Shown here piece by piece: positions 1 to 7,831 of a stretch of 19,347 nt of DNA (the first letter of the stretch is position 1; each line of letters opens with the position of its first letter). The translations under genes were made by a program, and so were the position numbers. Below the pieces are notes generated by a model. The model saw nothing but the letters and a program-made list of their open reading frames with translations, searched no databases and was not told the DNA's origin. Location of the stretch: assembly GCA_964565125.1 (NCBI GenBank), contig CAZMCX010000005.1:2392-21738 (forward strand). Direction: 5' to 3'. Origin of the DNA: an uncultured archaeon. Lineage in GTDB: Archaea; Iainarchaeota; Iainarchaeia; Iainarchaeales; 0-14-0-20-30-16.

Positions 1-72
1 CCATATCAGGATTGGTTCCAATGAAGTTTGTAATAGATCCATCTAAGAAAAGGTTTGGGAAGTGAGTAGTGG

Positions 73-783
73 ATGATAAGTATACATAACCTTAATGCCG
101 GATATGATGAACTGAAAGTTCTGAAGGACATAAATCCGGAATTTAAGATGGGGGAATTTGTGTCTATTATTGGTCCCAATGGTGCAGGTAAGAGCACAGT
201 TCTGAAATCTATATTTAATATTGCAACTATAGAAAAAGGGTCAAGTATTAAGTTTGAGGGGAAAGAGCTTGTAGGGTTAAAACCATATCAATTAATATTT
301 GAAGGAATCTCTTATGTTCCGCAAGGAAGAATAAACTTTGCAGAAATGACAGTGGAAGAAAATCTGCTTATTGGAAATTATTATTTGAGAGACAAAACTG
401 TTTTGAAGCAGAACTTGGAAAAGGTTTACAAATTCTTCCCAGAATTACAAAAGTTTAGAAAAAAACTGTCGTATGCTTTAAGTGGTGGTCAGCAACAAAT
501 GCTTGCAATAGGGAGAGCAATGATGCTAGACCCCAAGGTACTACTTTTAGATGAACCATCTTTGGGACTAAGCCCCAAGCTAATTAAGGAAACCTTTGCA
601 AAAATAAAAGAGATTGCTAAGTCTGGGGTTCTGGTTCTGATAGTTGAGCAGAACGCAAAGAAAGCAATGGAATCCACAGACAAGACAGTTGTATTAGAAG
701 GCGGAGAAGTAAAGTTGTTTGGAAAGAGTAAAGACCTACTGAAAGATCCAAGACTTGGAAAGGTATTCTTTGGTGGGGACTGA
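73..783 (+). CDS. livF: ABC transporter ATP-binding subunit, LivF-like (branched-chain amino acid importer family)
   Basis: 236-aa ORF with Walker A GPNGAGKST, ABC signature LSGGQQQML and Walker B LLLDEPSLGL. Length and C-terminus are typical of LivF-type ATPases. ATG start; ends with TGA at 781-783. Confidence 0.9.
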   Translation: MISIHNLNAGYDELKVLKDINPEFKMGEFVSIIGPNGAGKSTVLKSIFNIATIEKGSSIKFEGKELVGLKPYQLIFEGISYVPQGRINFAEMTVEENLLIGNYYLRDKTVLKQNLEKVYKFFPELQKFRKKLSYALSGGQQQMLAIGRAMMLDPKVLLLDEPSLGLSPKLIKETFAKIKEIAKSGVLVLIVEQNAKKAMESTDKTVVLEGGEVKLFGKSKDLLKDPRLGKVFFGGD

Positions 784-794
784 ACAAGAAATAG

Positions 795-869
795 ATGTCA
801 AAGCATATCCTGTGGCTCTCCGTGTTGGTTTGATTTGTCTTTAAGTATTACCTCTTTTTATCTGACTAA
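795..869 (+). pseudogene. Mini-ORF copy A (MSKHILWLSVLV-TGA-FVFKYYLFLSD), interrupted paralogue of the mini-ORF at 13694-13804
   Basis: ATG at 795, 11 nt after the livF stop. Ungapped in-frame alignment to 13694 onward gives 33/48 identical nt over the first 16 codons. Codon 13 is TGA (831-833) where the other copy has TTA. Too short to appear in the ORF track. Confidence 0.3.
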
Positions 870-890
870 TTCAGATCCATTTTCCTACTA

Positions 891-957
891 GAAAAAAAGA
901 AAAAAGAAGAGCCCACTGGGTGCCTTGTGCACCCTTATTTTCCCGAGGCTTTTTTTA
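891..957. terminator. Terminator region between convergent genes: GC hairpin flanked by oligo-T on both strands
   Basis: GGGTGC-cttgt-GCACCC stem-loop at 918-934. It is followed on the + strand by TTATTTT...GGCTTTTTTT. On the - strand it is followed by CTCTTCTTTTTTCTTTTTTTC (A-rich 891-911 on +). Archaeal termination typically uses oligo-T tracts. Confidence 0.4.
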
Positions 958-964
958 AAAGGCT

Positions 965-3442
965 CTAATTGGGGGCTGTGTAATTAGCAGTACTTTCTAC
1001 TAATCCATTACTTACTGTTAGAACTTGTGCTTCTCCATAAGAGTTTGAAGTAAGTATGGAAAGCTTACCATCAGCTCTTATTTCAAGATCTAAAGCATCT
1101 AATCCATTTGTAGGAATATTGTATTGATTTCCGCTTGAAACATTTAAGATTAGTGCATCTGTTCCATTAAATAGAACATTGTCTATTTCTAAATCTGCAA
1201 TAGAATATCCTTCTGGAATTGAGAATTCGTATTCATTTGTTTTTACTAAGCTTGAATTCAATTCCCACACTTTTAAGGAAGATTCATTAGTTAGCAAAAT
1301 AGCAATTTTGTCTGTGTGGTTTGTTGCTAATCTTAAAAGCTTCCAAGATGCGTTTGGCAAAGCAATTACTTTGCTTCCGATATTATTTGCTTTATTGTTG
1401 AATTTTATTATTATTGCTTTGTTGTTTATGTTCTGGTATAATATCAAAGGATTGCTCCCAAGTAGAGACATATAAACAGGGTATCTATTAGTTGTTGACC
1501 AAAGAGATTTAATAAGCTTGTTTCCACCATAAGCATTTTGTCTATATAGCCCCAAGCTTCCATTTGGATGCGTCCATAAGCCCCACCATAAAGATGGAAT
1601 TTTTTGTTCAATATCTATTGAAAGAATATTATATTCCGGATAATCAAAGAAGTCTTGGTTTATTATTCCGTTTGATCCATAATCAAAGCTTACAGACCAT
1701 TTACCATTATTTTCCCAAATAACTCCGCTGTAGTTTAGTAAACTGGCCAAGAACTTAGCATCCCATGATGAATTTGTTTTTATAATACATGCTGAGTTTT
1801 CACAGCCGAATTCACAAGTTTCTACTAATATCTCTTGAGTATTACTTAAACAATTGGAATTAAATAAGCCGCCGTTTAAGCAACTAAAAGATGTAATTTC
1901 TTTATAGATGCTATCTGCTTTACAATAATTCCCGCTTTCCGAAGGTGATCCACAATCAGTATCTAAAGAGCAAGAAGGAACAAAGCAGGATCCATTATAA
2001 CAAGAGTTTGAACAAGCTTCTTGTAAAATGTTTTCTGTTTTTGTAACACAATTTGCTAGTAGAGTTCCAGGATTTTCACAAGTAGGAACTTTTTTTGTTT
2101 TTAGAACATTATTTTCCGAGCAAAAGTTACCTGATACCCAGCTTTCAGTTCCACAATCAGTATTTGAAAAACATTTTGGAGTTACACAAGCTCCGGCTTC
2201 ACAGCCATATTCACAATCTTCTACTAAAGTGTCAGCTAGATTGTTTGAGCATGAAGAAGTCCATTTTCCCGCATCATTACAGGAAAATATCTGTTTTTTC
2301 TTGTAAACATCATTATTTTGACAATAATTTTCTCCAACAAATGTATCTGCTCCACAGTCATTATTGGCAAAACAAGCAATGTCTTTACATTGCAAATCTT
2401 CACATAATTGACTAGATGAGCATTGTTGTACCAAATTAGTAACTGTTTCTTTCTTACAATAAGAAGTAGCAGTTCCCGGGTTAACACAAGTATTTACTAA
2501 AGTATCTTTCTTTAGTGCATTAGTTGAACAATAATTTGCTGAATCAGTATTAGTTCCACATTCTAGGTTTGTAGAACAAGTAACTTGCTGTGGAAGGGGT
2601 GTTGAATTATTAATAAAGAATGTCCAAATTGCTTCATCCTTTGTTTTATCCCAGTTGTGACCCATTCCAGTTAATGTAATCAATTGATTAGGGTGACCTT
2701 TAGCGGTCAACTCTGATTGTAATGTTTGATCCCAAGAGTATGGAACTACAGGGTCATCTGTAGAGTGTATTAGAAGGCCAGGAACTTTTAATGCAGCATT
2801 TGTCTTTGCATTAGTCGCTGCTATTGGGAAGTAAAACATGTTATAGTAATTTACTAATCCTCCTGAGTGTTCTGCAAATGCAGTAACTTTATCAGGCAAA
2901 CACATTGAAGCATAGTAGCTAAACAAAGCTCCGTATGAGTGACCAATGAAGTAAACATGGTCTGCCGAAATTTTGTATTTAGAACTTACAGATGTTAACA
3001 TTGCTTTAATAAAGTCTATGTCTTGAGAAGCACATTTGTTTGAAGCCTGGATGTGCCCTATATCCCATCTTATATATTTCTCTGCCCCCGGAAAACCAGC
3101 AACATCATATTCAGGAATCTTAATCCATAAAAATGAAAAGTTCTTGGGTGGTAAATCTTTCAAGGAATTAGGGAAAACTGCAATAAATCCTTTCTGGTTT
3201 GCTAGTTGTGTAATTCCATAATAGTCGCTTGATGCAAAAGTGGCATCGCTCCCCATTCCATGGAACATAAATACCAAAGGATATGTTTTTGTTGCAACAT
3301 AATTATCCGGCAAATATACTAAGTAAGTCCTTTCTTTGCTTTGGATATTAGTTTTTTCTGTAAGCAAAGTTCCAGAGAAACTGAATGTCGCAATTAAAAC
3401 TAATGCAAACATAACAATAAAAATATTTTTTGTACTAAACAA
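965..3442 (-). CDS. Secreted alpha/beta-hydrolase (LpqC / PHB-depolymerase-like esterase) fused to four Cys-rich modules and an unknown C-terminal domain
   Basis: 825-aa ORF. TTG start at 3442 is preceded by GGTGAT plus 4 nt. Signal peptide MFSTKNIFIVMFALVLIATFSFSG. Esterase motifs: YLVYLPDNY...PLVFMFHGMG, nucleophile elbow GHS(169)YG, then HSTDDPVVP and GMGH(262)NW. Residues 289-552 are Cys-rich repeats. Residues 553-825 are Cys-free and Asn/Ser/Leu-rich. Confidence 0.85.
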   Translation of the reverse strand: MFSTKNIFIVMFALVLIATFSFSGTLLTEKTNIQSKERTYLVYLPDNYVATKTYPLVFMFHGMGSDATFASSDYYGITQLANQKGFIAVFPNSLKDLPPKNFSFLWIKIPEYDVAGFPGAEKYIRWDIGHIQASNKCASQDIDFIKAMLTSVSSKYKISADHVYFIGHSYGALFSYYASMCLPDKVTAFAEHSGGLVNYYNMFYFPIAATNAKTNAALKVPGLLIHSTDDPVVPYSWDQTLQSELTAKGHPNQLITLTGMGHNWDKTKDEAIWTFFINNSTPLPQQVTCSTNLECGTNTDSANYCSTNALKKDTLVNTCVNPGTATSYCKKETVTNLVQQCSSSQLCEDLQCKDIACFANNDCGADTFVGENYCQNNDVYKKKQIFSCNDAGKWTSSCSNNLADTLVEDCEYGCEAGACVTPKCFSNTDCGTESWVSGNFCSENNVLKTKKVPTCENPGTLLANCVTKTENILQEACSNSCYNGSCFVPSCSLDTDCGSPSESGNYCKADSIYKEITSFSCLNGGLFNSNCLSNTQEILVETCEFGCENSACIIKTNSSWDAKFLASLLNYSGVIWENNGKWSVSFDYGSNGIINQDFFDYPEYNILSIDIEQKIPSLWWGLWTHPNGSLGLYRQNAYGGNKLIKSLWSTTNRYPVYMSLLGSNPLILYQNINNKAIIIKFNNKANNIGSKVIALPNASWKLLRLATNHTDKIAILLTNESSLKVWELNSSLVKTNEYEFSIPEGYSIADLEIDNVLFNGTDALILNVSSGNQYNIPTNGLDALDLEIRADGKLSILTSNSYGEAQVLTVSNGLVESTANYTAPN
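1787..2578 (-). repeat. Four tandem protein-level Cys-rich modules (62-68 aa each, 8 Cys each) inside the esterase gene
   Basis: Each module follows C-x5-C-G-x7/8-[YF]-C-x13-C-x9-C-x11-C-x3/5-C-x4-C. The modules begin at C289, C357, C424 and C491 and end at C552, giving 32 Cys in total. Confidence 0.8.
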
Positions 3443-3499
3443 CTAAATCACCCCCATTAATGTATATAAGAATTATAAGATATATATTTATATCTTTTT

Positions 3500-4581
3500 T
3501 TATTTATTTTTCTTTCGTCTGAAGGGAATTGGGATTTTCTTGATCTTTACAAATAGTTTTAGGAATCTAAACCAAGACTTTCCGTTCTTTTTTTCTATTT
3601 TCTTTGGATGTTTTTTATTAGATTCTATTGCTTCCAAGTAATAGTTTACCAATTTCTTAGTAGATTCTTCAATAGTGTATTTTTTTGAGAGTTCAAGATA
3701 TTTGTCCTTGGCTTTTTGTAATTCGTGTGGGTGCTCATACCAATAGTCAATTTTTTGGGCAAGATCATCAACAGTCTTAAATAAACTTTTGTTATCTATT
3801 GCAAACTGGCTACTTGCACTTTTTGGATAATCATAAATCAGGGGTGGGATTCCACAAGCAGTTCTTTTTTCATAGGCCCATAACCTTTGATTAATAATTG
3901 TATTTCTTTTTTGTATTTGGACTTTGAGATTCCTTCAATAATCATTTTCTGATTTTTTTCTGCTGAAAGCCTTCCAACACAAAGGATTACAAACTTATTT
4001 GGATATTTTTTCTTAACTTTTTGAGGATAATAATCCGGAATATGCCCATTTGAAAGTATTTTATTTTTTGTTTTTAACCCAAAAAATTTGAGCTCTGTTT
4101 GTGCAAATTTGCTTGGGCAGATAACTAGATCTGCTCTATTGTAAAAGTTTTTTATGAAAAATTTGTAAATAATGTTGATTACTCTTTTAGAACTTACTCC
4201 AATATTTTTTGTAATGTTTTCTGCCTGCGCATGGAAACTTGCCACTACTGGCTTCCCTAATTCTCTTGCATACGTAATTGTTTTTATACCCAAATAGAAT
4301 GGTAACTGAACATGAACAACATCTACGCCTTTTAATACATCCTTGATTTTTTGTTCATCTGGAACTGCAAATGCAACATCCATATCTTTCATTATTTTTT
4401 TGCAAAGGGGACATAAAAAGACTTTAGAACAACTTTATTTTTGTCGCTTTTTCCAGTACTTATGACTGTAACTTTATGTCCATGTTTTCTAAGAGATTCA
4501 GTGAACCTCTTTGTAGAAACTAAGCCCCCCACCATTGGAGTCATAAGAATCAACAACCATTGCAATATGTAATTTCTTCAT
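3500..4581 (-). pseudogene. Family 4 (GT4/GT-B) glycosyltransferase, disrupted by at least three frameshifts and a probable internal deletion
   Basis: ATG 4581 opens MKKLHIAMVVDSYDSNGGG. After a G6 run (4525-4530) the GT-like reading LVSTKRFTESLRKHGHKVTVISTGKSDKNKVVLKSFYVPFAKK continues in another frame. It returns at an A7 run (4395-4401, TAATG junction) to the 184-aa track ORF 3838-4392. The family-like C-terminus GIPPLIYDYPKSASSQFAIDN...KLVNYYLEAIESNKK (stop 3500-3502) is in a third frame after an A6 run (3865-3870). Confidence 0.7.
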
Positions 4582-4595
4582 CTTTAATTCCTTCG

Positions 4596-5879
4596 TTATG
4601 GATAAAATCTATTTGGAGTTCTTGGGAATGCGATTGCATCCTTGATATTTTCTAACCCGCAAATCCATCTTACTACTCTTTCTAAGCCCATTCCAAATCC
4701 AGAGTGAGGAACACTTCCATACTTTCTTGTATCTAGGTAGAATCCATAGTTCTTTGGATCTTCGCCCATTTCTCTTAGTCTTTTCTTAATAGAATCTATA
4801 TTGGATTCTCTCTCAGATCCTCCAACAATCTCTCCAATTCCTTCTGGAGCTAAGAAGTCTGATCCCAAAACAACATCTTTGTTTTTGTCATCCTCTTTCA
4901 TATAGAATGCCTTTACTTTCTTTGGATAGTGGGTTACTATAACTGGGACATCATACAAACCCATTAATTTTTCTTCTTCTACAGTCCTTAAGTCTTTGCC
5001 CCATTCAACATCCATTTTACATTTGTCTTTCAGGATCTTTAGTGCTTCTGTGTAAGTGATTCTTGGGAACTTTTTCTTTACTGTTGGCTCAAGCTTTTTG
5101 GGGTCTCTGCCAAGAACTTCAAGTTCTTTTCTGTTTTTATCAAGAACTGCTTTTACACAAGCTTTAATCAAACCCTCTCCAATCTCTAGCATATCTTCAA
5201 ACTTCATCCAAGCCATTTCTGCTTCGATCATCCAGAACTCAGTTAGATGTCGAGAAGTTATAGACTTTTCAGCCCTAAATGTTGGAGATACAGTATAAAT
5301 TTTTTCCATAGAAAATACCCCTGCTTCTGCGGGAAGTTGCCAAGTTTGAGTTAGGTACATTTTTTTGTCAAAATATTTAACTTCAAAAAGTTCGCTTCCG
5401 CCCTCGCATTGTGTTGACTGGAATATCGGGCTTTGGAATTCGTTAAAACCTTCGCGCCGAAAATAATCATGAATTGCTCCGGTTACCGTACTTCTAATTT
5501 TTAGAATCGCATTCATCTTTCTACTCCTTAGCCATAAATGCCTATTATCCGCCAAGAATTCTGTAGAAAAATCCTTTTGGATTGGGAAATCCTCTCCAAT
5601 ATCCACAACTTCAAGTTTGGTTGCCTGGATTTCATAGCCGTTTGGGGCTTTCTCGCTTTTCACAAGCTTTCCTTTAACTATTAAAGAGGATTCCATTTTA
5701 AGCTTTTCAGCATCATTAAATGAGGGGGTATTATTGCTAAAAACAACTTGGATTATATCATCTGTGTCACGAACTACTGCAAAGACCTTGTCTTTCAGCT
5801 TCCTTATTCTGTGAACCCAACCTTTAATTTCGACTTCTTTTCCTTCTTTATGCTCTTGTAGAACTTTTGTGATGTACAT
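4596..5879 (-). CDS. asnS: Asparaginyl-tRNA synthetase (class IIb)
   Basis: 427 aa with an N-terminal OB anticodon-binding region. Motif 2 region SPTFRAEKSITSRHLTEFWMIEAEMAW is the AsnRS-type EFWM.E.E.A. C-terminus is GFGMGLERVVRWICGLENIKDAIAFPRTPNRFYP. SD GAGGTGG lies upstream of ATG 5879. Confidence 0.85.
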   Translation of the reverse strand: MYITKVLQEHKEGKEVEIKGWVHRIRKLKDKVFAVVRDTDDIIQVVFSNNTPSFNDAEKLKMESSLIVKGKLVKSEKAPNGYEIQATKLEVVDIGEDFPIQKDFSTEFLADNRHLWLRSRKMNAILKIRSTVTGAIHDYFRREGFNEFQSPIFQSTQCEGGSELFEVKYFDKKMYLTQTWQLPAEAGVFSMEKIYTVSPTFRAEKSITSRHLTEFWMIEAEMAWMKFEDMLEIGEGLIKACVKAVLDKNRKELEVLGRDPKKLEPTVKKKFPRITYTEALKILKDKCKMDVEWGKDLRTVEEEKLMGLYDVPVIVTHYPKKVKAFYMKEDDKNKDVVLGSDFLAPEGIGEIVGGSERESNIDSIKKRLREMGEDPKNYGFYLDTRKYGSVPHSGFGMGLERVVRWICGLENIKDAIAFPRTPNRFYP

Positions 5880-5956
5880 TATACCACCTCTTATATATCA
5901 AATAGATATAATATTTTAAATGATTATATTCTTAATACTTTAAATTGTGATCTTTT

Positions 5957-6433
5957 ATGCCATTTCCAGCAGTACATGTACTATTTAACATTGGGGCTTT
6001 TTATCCAATTAGGAAATATTTGGGGAAATACTGGCTTGTATTTGCTGGGCTTTCTGGGCTTGTGATGGATCTAGACTTTGCATTGCAATTTATTTTGGGG
6101 TCAGATTCATTTTTTGCACACGGGTATTTTTTTCATACAATTGGATTTGTGCTGTGTTTACTGGTAATTTCTTTGGTTGTATTTCTAAAAAATAAGGAAT
6201 ATGGGAAGTATGGATTTATAATTGTGATCGGATCCTTGTTACATTTGCTTTTAGATTACATTCTTGGCGGCGGAAGATACTACTTAACATTATTATACCC
6301 ATTTTATTCAGGGGGATTTCATCTGCACCTTTTAATGCAATTCCAAGAAAGCGATATCTTTGGAATTCTTGATGCAATAGCAATATTTATTTCTTTGGGA
6401 TTTTATTTTATAATCTTAAAAACAAGGAAATAG
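5957..6433 (+). CDS. Polytopic membrane protein, YdjM/DUF457-like putative metal-dependent hydrolase
   Basis: 158 aa with 4-5 hydrophobic helices. Conserved His positions are typical of the family (PAVHVLFN, AHGYFFHT, LLHLLLDY). GTGAT lies 5 nt upstream of the ATG. Confidence 0.55.
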   Translation: MPFPAVHVLFNIGAFYPIRKYLGKYWLVFAGLSGLVMDLDFALQFILGSDSFFAHGYFFHTIGFVLCLLVISLVVFLKNKEYGKYGFIIVIGSLLHLLLDYILGGGRYYLTLLYPFYSGGFHLHLLMQFQESDIFGILDAIAIFISLGFYFIILKTRK

Positions 6434-6466
6434 GACTTACATGGTTAAAGGACTTTTGATATACTA

Positions 6467-7099
6467 TTAAAAGGAAATTTCTAAAAAGTAATGTTCTTTT
6501 TCAAAGGGTTCTAAATCAATTGTCTTCAGAATCTTTAAACCTGCCTTTCTGATCTTCTCTGACTCTTTTACAAGAACTTGTTTTGGGCTCTTTGAAGAAT
6601 CTATACTCCTTGTCTTTAGGCTTATTGCTGCTTGCCCGCCCTTGTTCAAGAATTTTTTTACTAGTTCTATAAACACATCCGCTTGGTCTTTTTGAGATAC
6701 ATCCTGAAAAACAAAATCAAACTTTTCTTTGTTTAGCCCTGTGTTTTCGGGTAAAACCCTAAAGTCTGAAAGAATTGGAATTATATTCTTCTTTATCTTT
6801 AGTAGACTTAGAAGGCCAACCATACTTTCCATAGAAACATCATTAGCAACTATATCTCCTTTTGTAACTAGATCTGCAATGTGGCTTAGGGTGGTTCCAG
6901 ATGAACAGCCCACATATAGAACATTAGAATTGTCTTTTAGTTTAAGATTAAAACCTTTTTTCATTGCTGCGGCGATTTTAGAGTTATTTGGGCTCCATTC
7001 CCTTAAGTATAAATCTCTTTGTTTAATTACTTTTTCTCCATAATGATTGTAATTGTCCTTTGTTTCTGTATAAATTCTGTTTTTTATATTCTGAATCAT
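6467..7099 (-). CDS. flpA: Fibrillarin, C/D box sRNP 2-prime-O-methyltransferase
   Basis: 210 aa. LREWSPNNSKIAAAM matches family Y.R.W.P.RSKLAAA. SAM motif VLYVGCSSGTTLSHIADLV. Also NIIPILSD, FDFVFQDVSQKDQ and LEPFEKEH. Sits directly downstream of nop5 (6-nt gap), the canonical archaeal operon. Confidence 0.9.
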   Translation of the reverse strand: MIQNIKNRIYTETKDNYNHYGEKVIKQRDLYLREWSPNNSKIAAAMKKGFNLKLKDNSNVLYVGCSSGTTLSHIADLVTKGDIVANDVSMESMVGLLSLLKIKKNIIPILSDFRVLPENTGLNKEKFDFVFQDVSQKDQADVFIELVKKFLNKGGQAAISLKTRSIDSSKSPKQVLVKESEKIRKAGLKILKTIDLEPFEKEHYFLEISF

Positions 7100-7105
7100 A
7101 TTAAA

Positions 7106-7831
7106 TCACTTAGAGTTCTTTATTTCTACTTTCTTTTTTTCAAGATCTTTAAGTAGACTTTCGCTTATATCGTTTTTTGTGTACATGTCAGCTCTAACTG
7201 CAAGTTCTATTCTTCCCGCAAAATATCTTGAAAGCTTTCCTTTTTGTTTGTTACTCAGACCTTGCATTATTGGATGTAGGTACAAAAATCCATATTTGGG
7301 GCACTTTTTGCCGAATTTTAGATGTTTAAATAGTGCGCTTTCTGCACCAATAAGTTGGAGTGATGACGAAGGCATCTTTGAAAGCCTTTCAAGTGAACCA
7401 ACTTGTGAAATAAATTTTGTGGCCAATATTGGCCCCAATAAAGTACTTATGTTTGGATATGCTGTCTTTGCACTTTTTTCAATAATTGTCCTTAGCTTTT
7501 TGGAATTCTTTTCGAAGTCTAGGAACAAGTTACATAATGATTTAATAGATTCAATTGCATCAGGACCTAGAGAGCCAGAAATTATTGAGTCTTTTTTATT
7601 TGATTCCAAGACTGCTTTAATGTATTTTGAATTGTCTTTGCTACAAGAACCATAAAGTTCTGGGTATTCTAAACTATGCCATTTGTATACATAATCAAAG
7701 ATAGAGTTGGACTGGATTGTAAGGTAGTTAAGCACCTCCAAAGCCTTAACTGCATTAATAACATCCTTATTTTTTGATAGATAAGTATTCAAATCCTTTA
7801 CAAATTGCTTCTGCAAGCTTTCTTTATTCAT
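7106..7831 (-). CDS. nop5: Nop5 (Nop56/58) C/D box sRNP core protein, compact form
   Basis: 241 aa. Nop-domain motifs: WHSLEYPEL (family hFPEL), GAESALFKHLKFGKKCPKYGFLYLHPIMQG, KQKGKLSRYFAGRIELAVRADMY. The ATG overlaps the 3-prime end of the upstream antiporter gene by 8 nt. Confidence 0.85.
   Translation of the reverse strand: MNKESLQKQFVKDLNTYLSKNKDVINAVKALEVLNYLTIQSNSIFDYVYKWHSLEYPELYGSCSKDNSKYIKAVLESNKKDSIISGSLGPDAIESIKSLCNLFLDFEKNSKKLRTIIEKSAKTAYPNISTLLGPILATKFISQVGSLERLSKMPSSSLQLIGAESALFKHLKFGKKCPKYGFLYLHPIMQGLSNKQKGKLSRYFAGRIELAVRADMYTKNDISESLLKDLEKKKVEIKNSK

Noticed and set aside
2-46. 3-prime end of an upstream gene (frame 2, ...HIRIGSNEVCNRSI-TAA), possibly the LivG-type partner ATPase
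   Set aside because: Only 14 codons are visible. The resemblance to the LivG C-terminus (IR..N..V...) is too weak to call from this fragment.
104-124. C/D box sRNA candidates (expected because fibrillarin and Nop5 are present): ATGATGA at 104-110 with CTGA at 112-115 and 121-124; ATGATGA near 1766 with CTGA near 1793; GTGATAA at 19263-19269 with CTGA at 19301 and 19322
   Set aside because: None shows the archaeal C - about 12 nt - D-prime - loop - C-prime - about 12 nt - D spacing or terminal pairing. The first two are inside well-supported coding sequence.
3838-4392. 184-aa track ORF as an intact stand-alone glycosyltransferase CDS
   Set aside because: It lacks the N-terminal Rossmann beta1 / Gly-rich segment and the C-terminal half of GT4 enzymes. 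Both are present in adjacent sequence in other frames. It is treated as the central fragment of the pseudogene at 3500-4581.
7179-7655. Antisense/shadow ORFs in the track (6-197, 489-683, 1179-1475, 2028-2306, 2095-2415, 2236-2487, 3036-3221, 5056-5298, 6729-7043, 7179-7655, 8185-8427, 8467-8805, 10428-10724, 12610-12810, 13146-13385, 13379-13621, 16017-16223, 16494-16682, 16740-16964, 17984-18169, 19096-19320)
   Set aside because: Each lies wholly or largely inside, and opposite to or out of frame with, a gene that has clear family motifs. Their products are low-complexity Leu/Phe/Ser/Ile-rich translations typical of AT-rich shadow frames, with no SD or family motifs.
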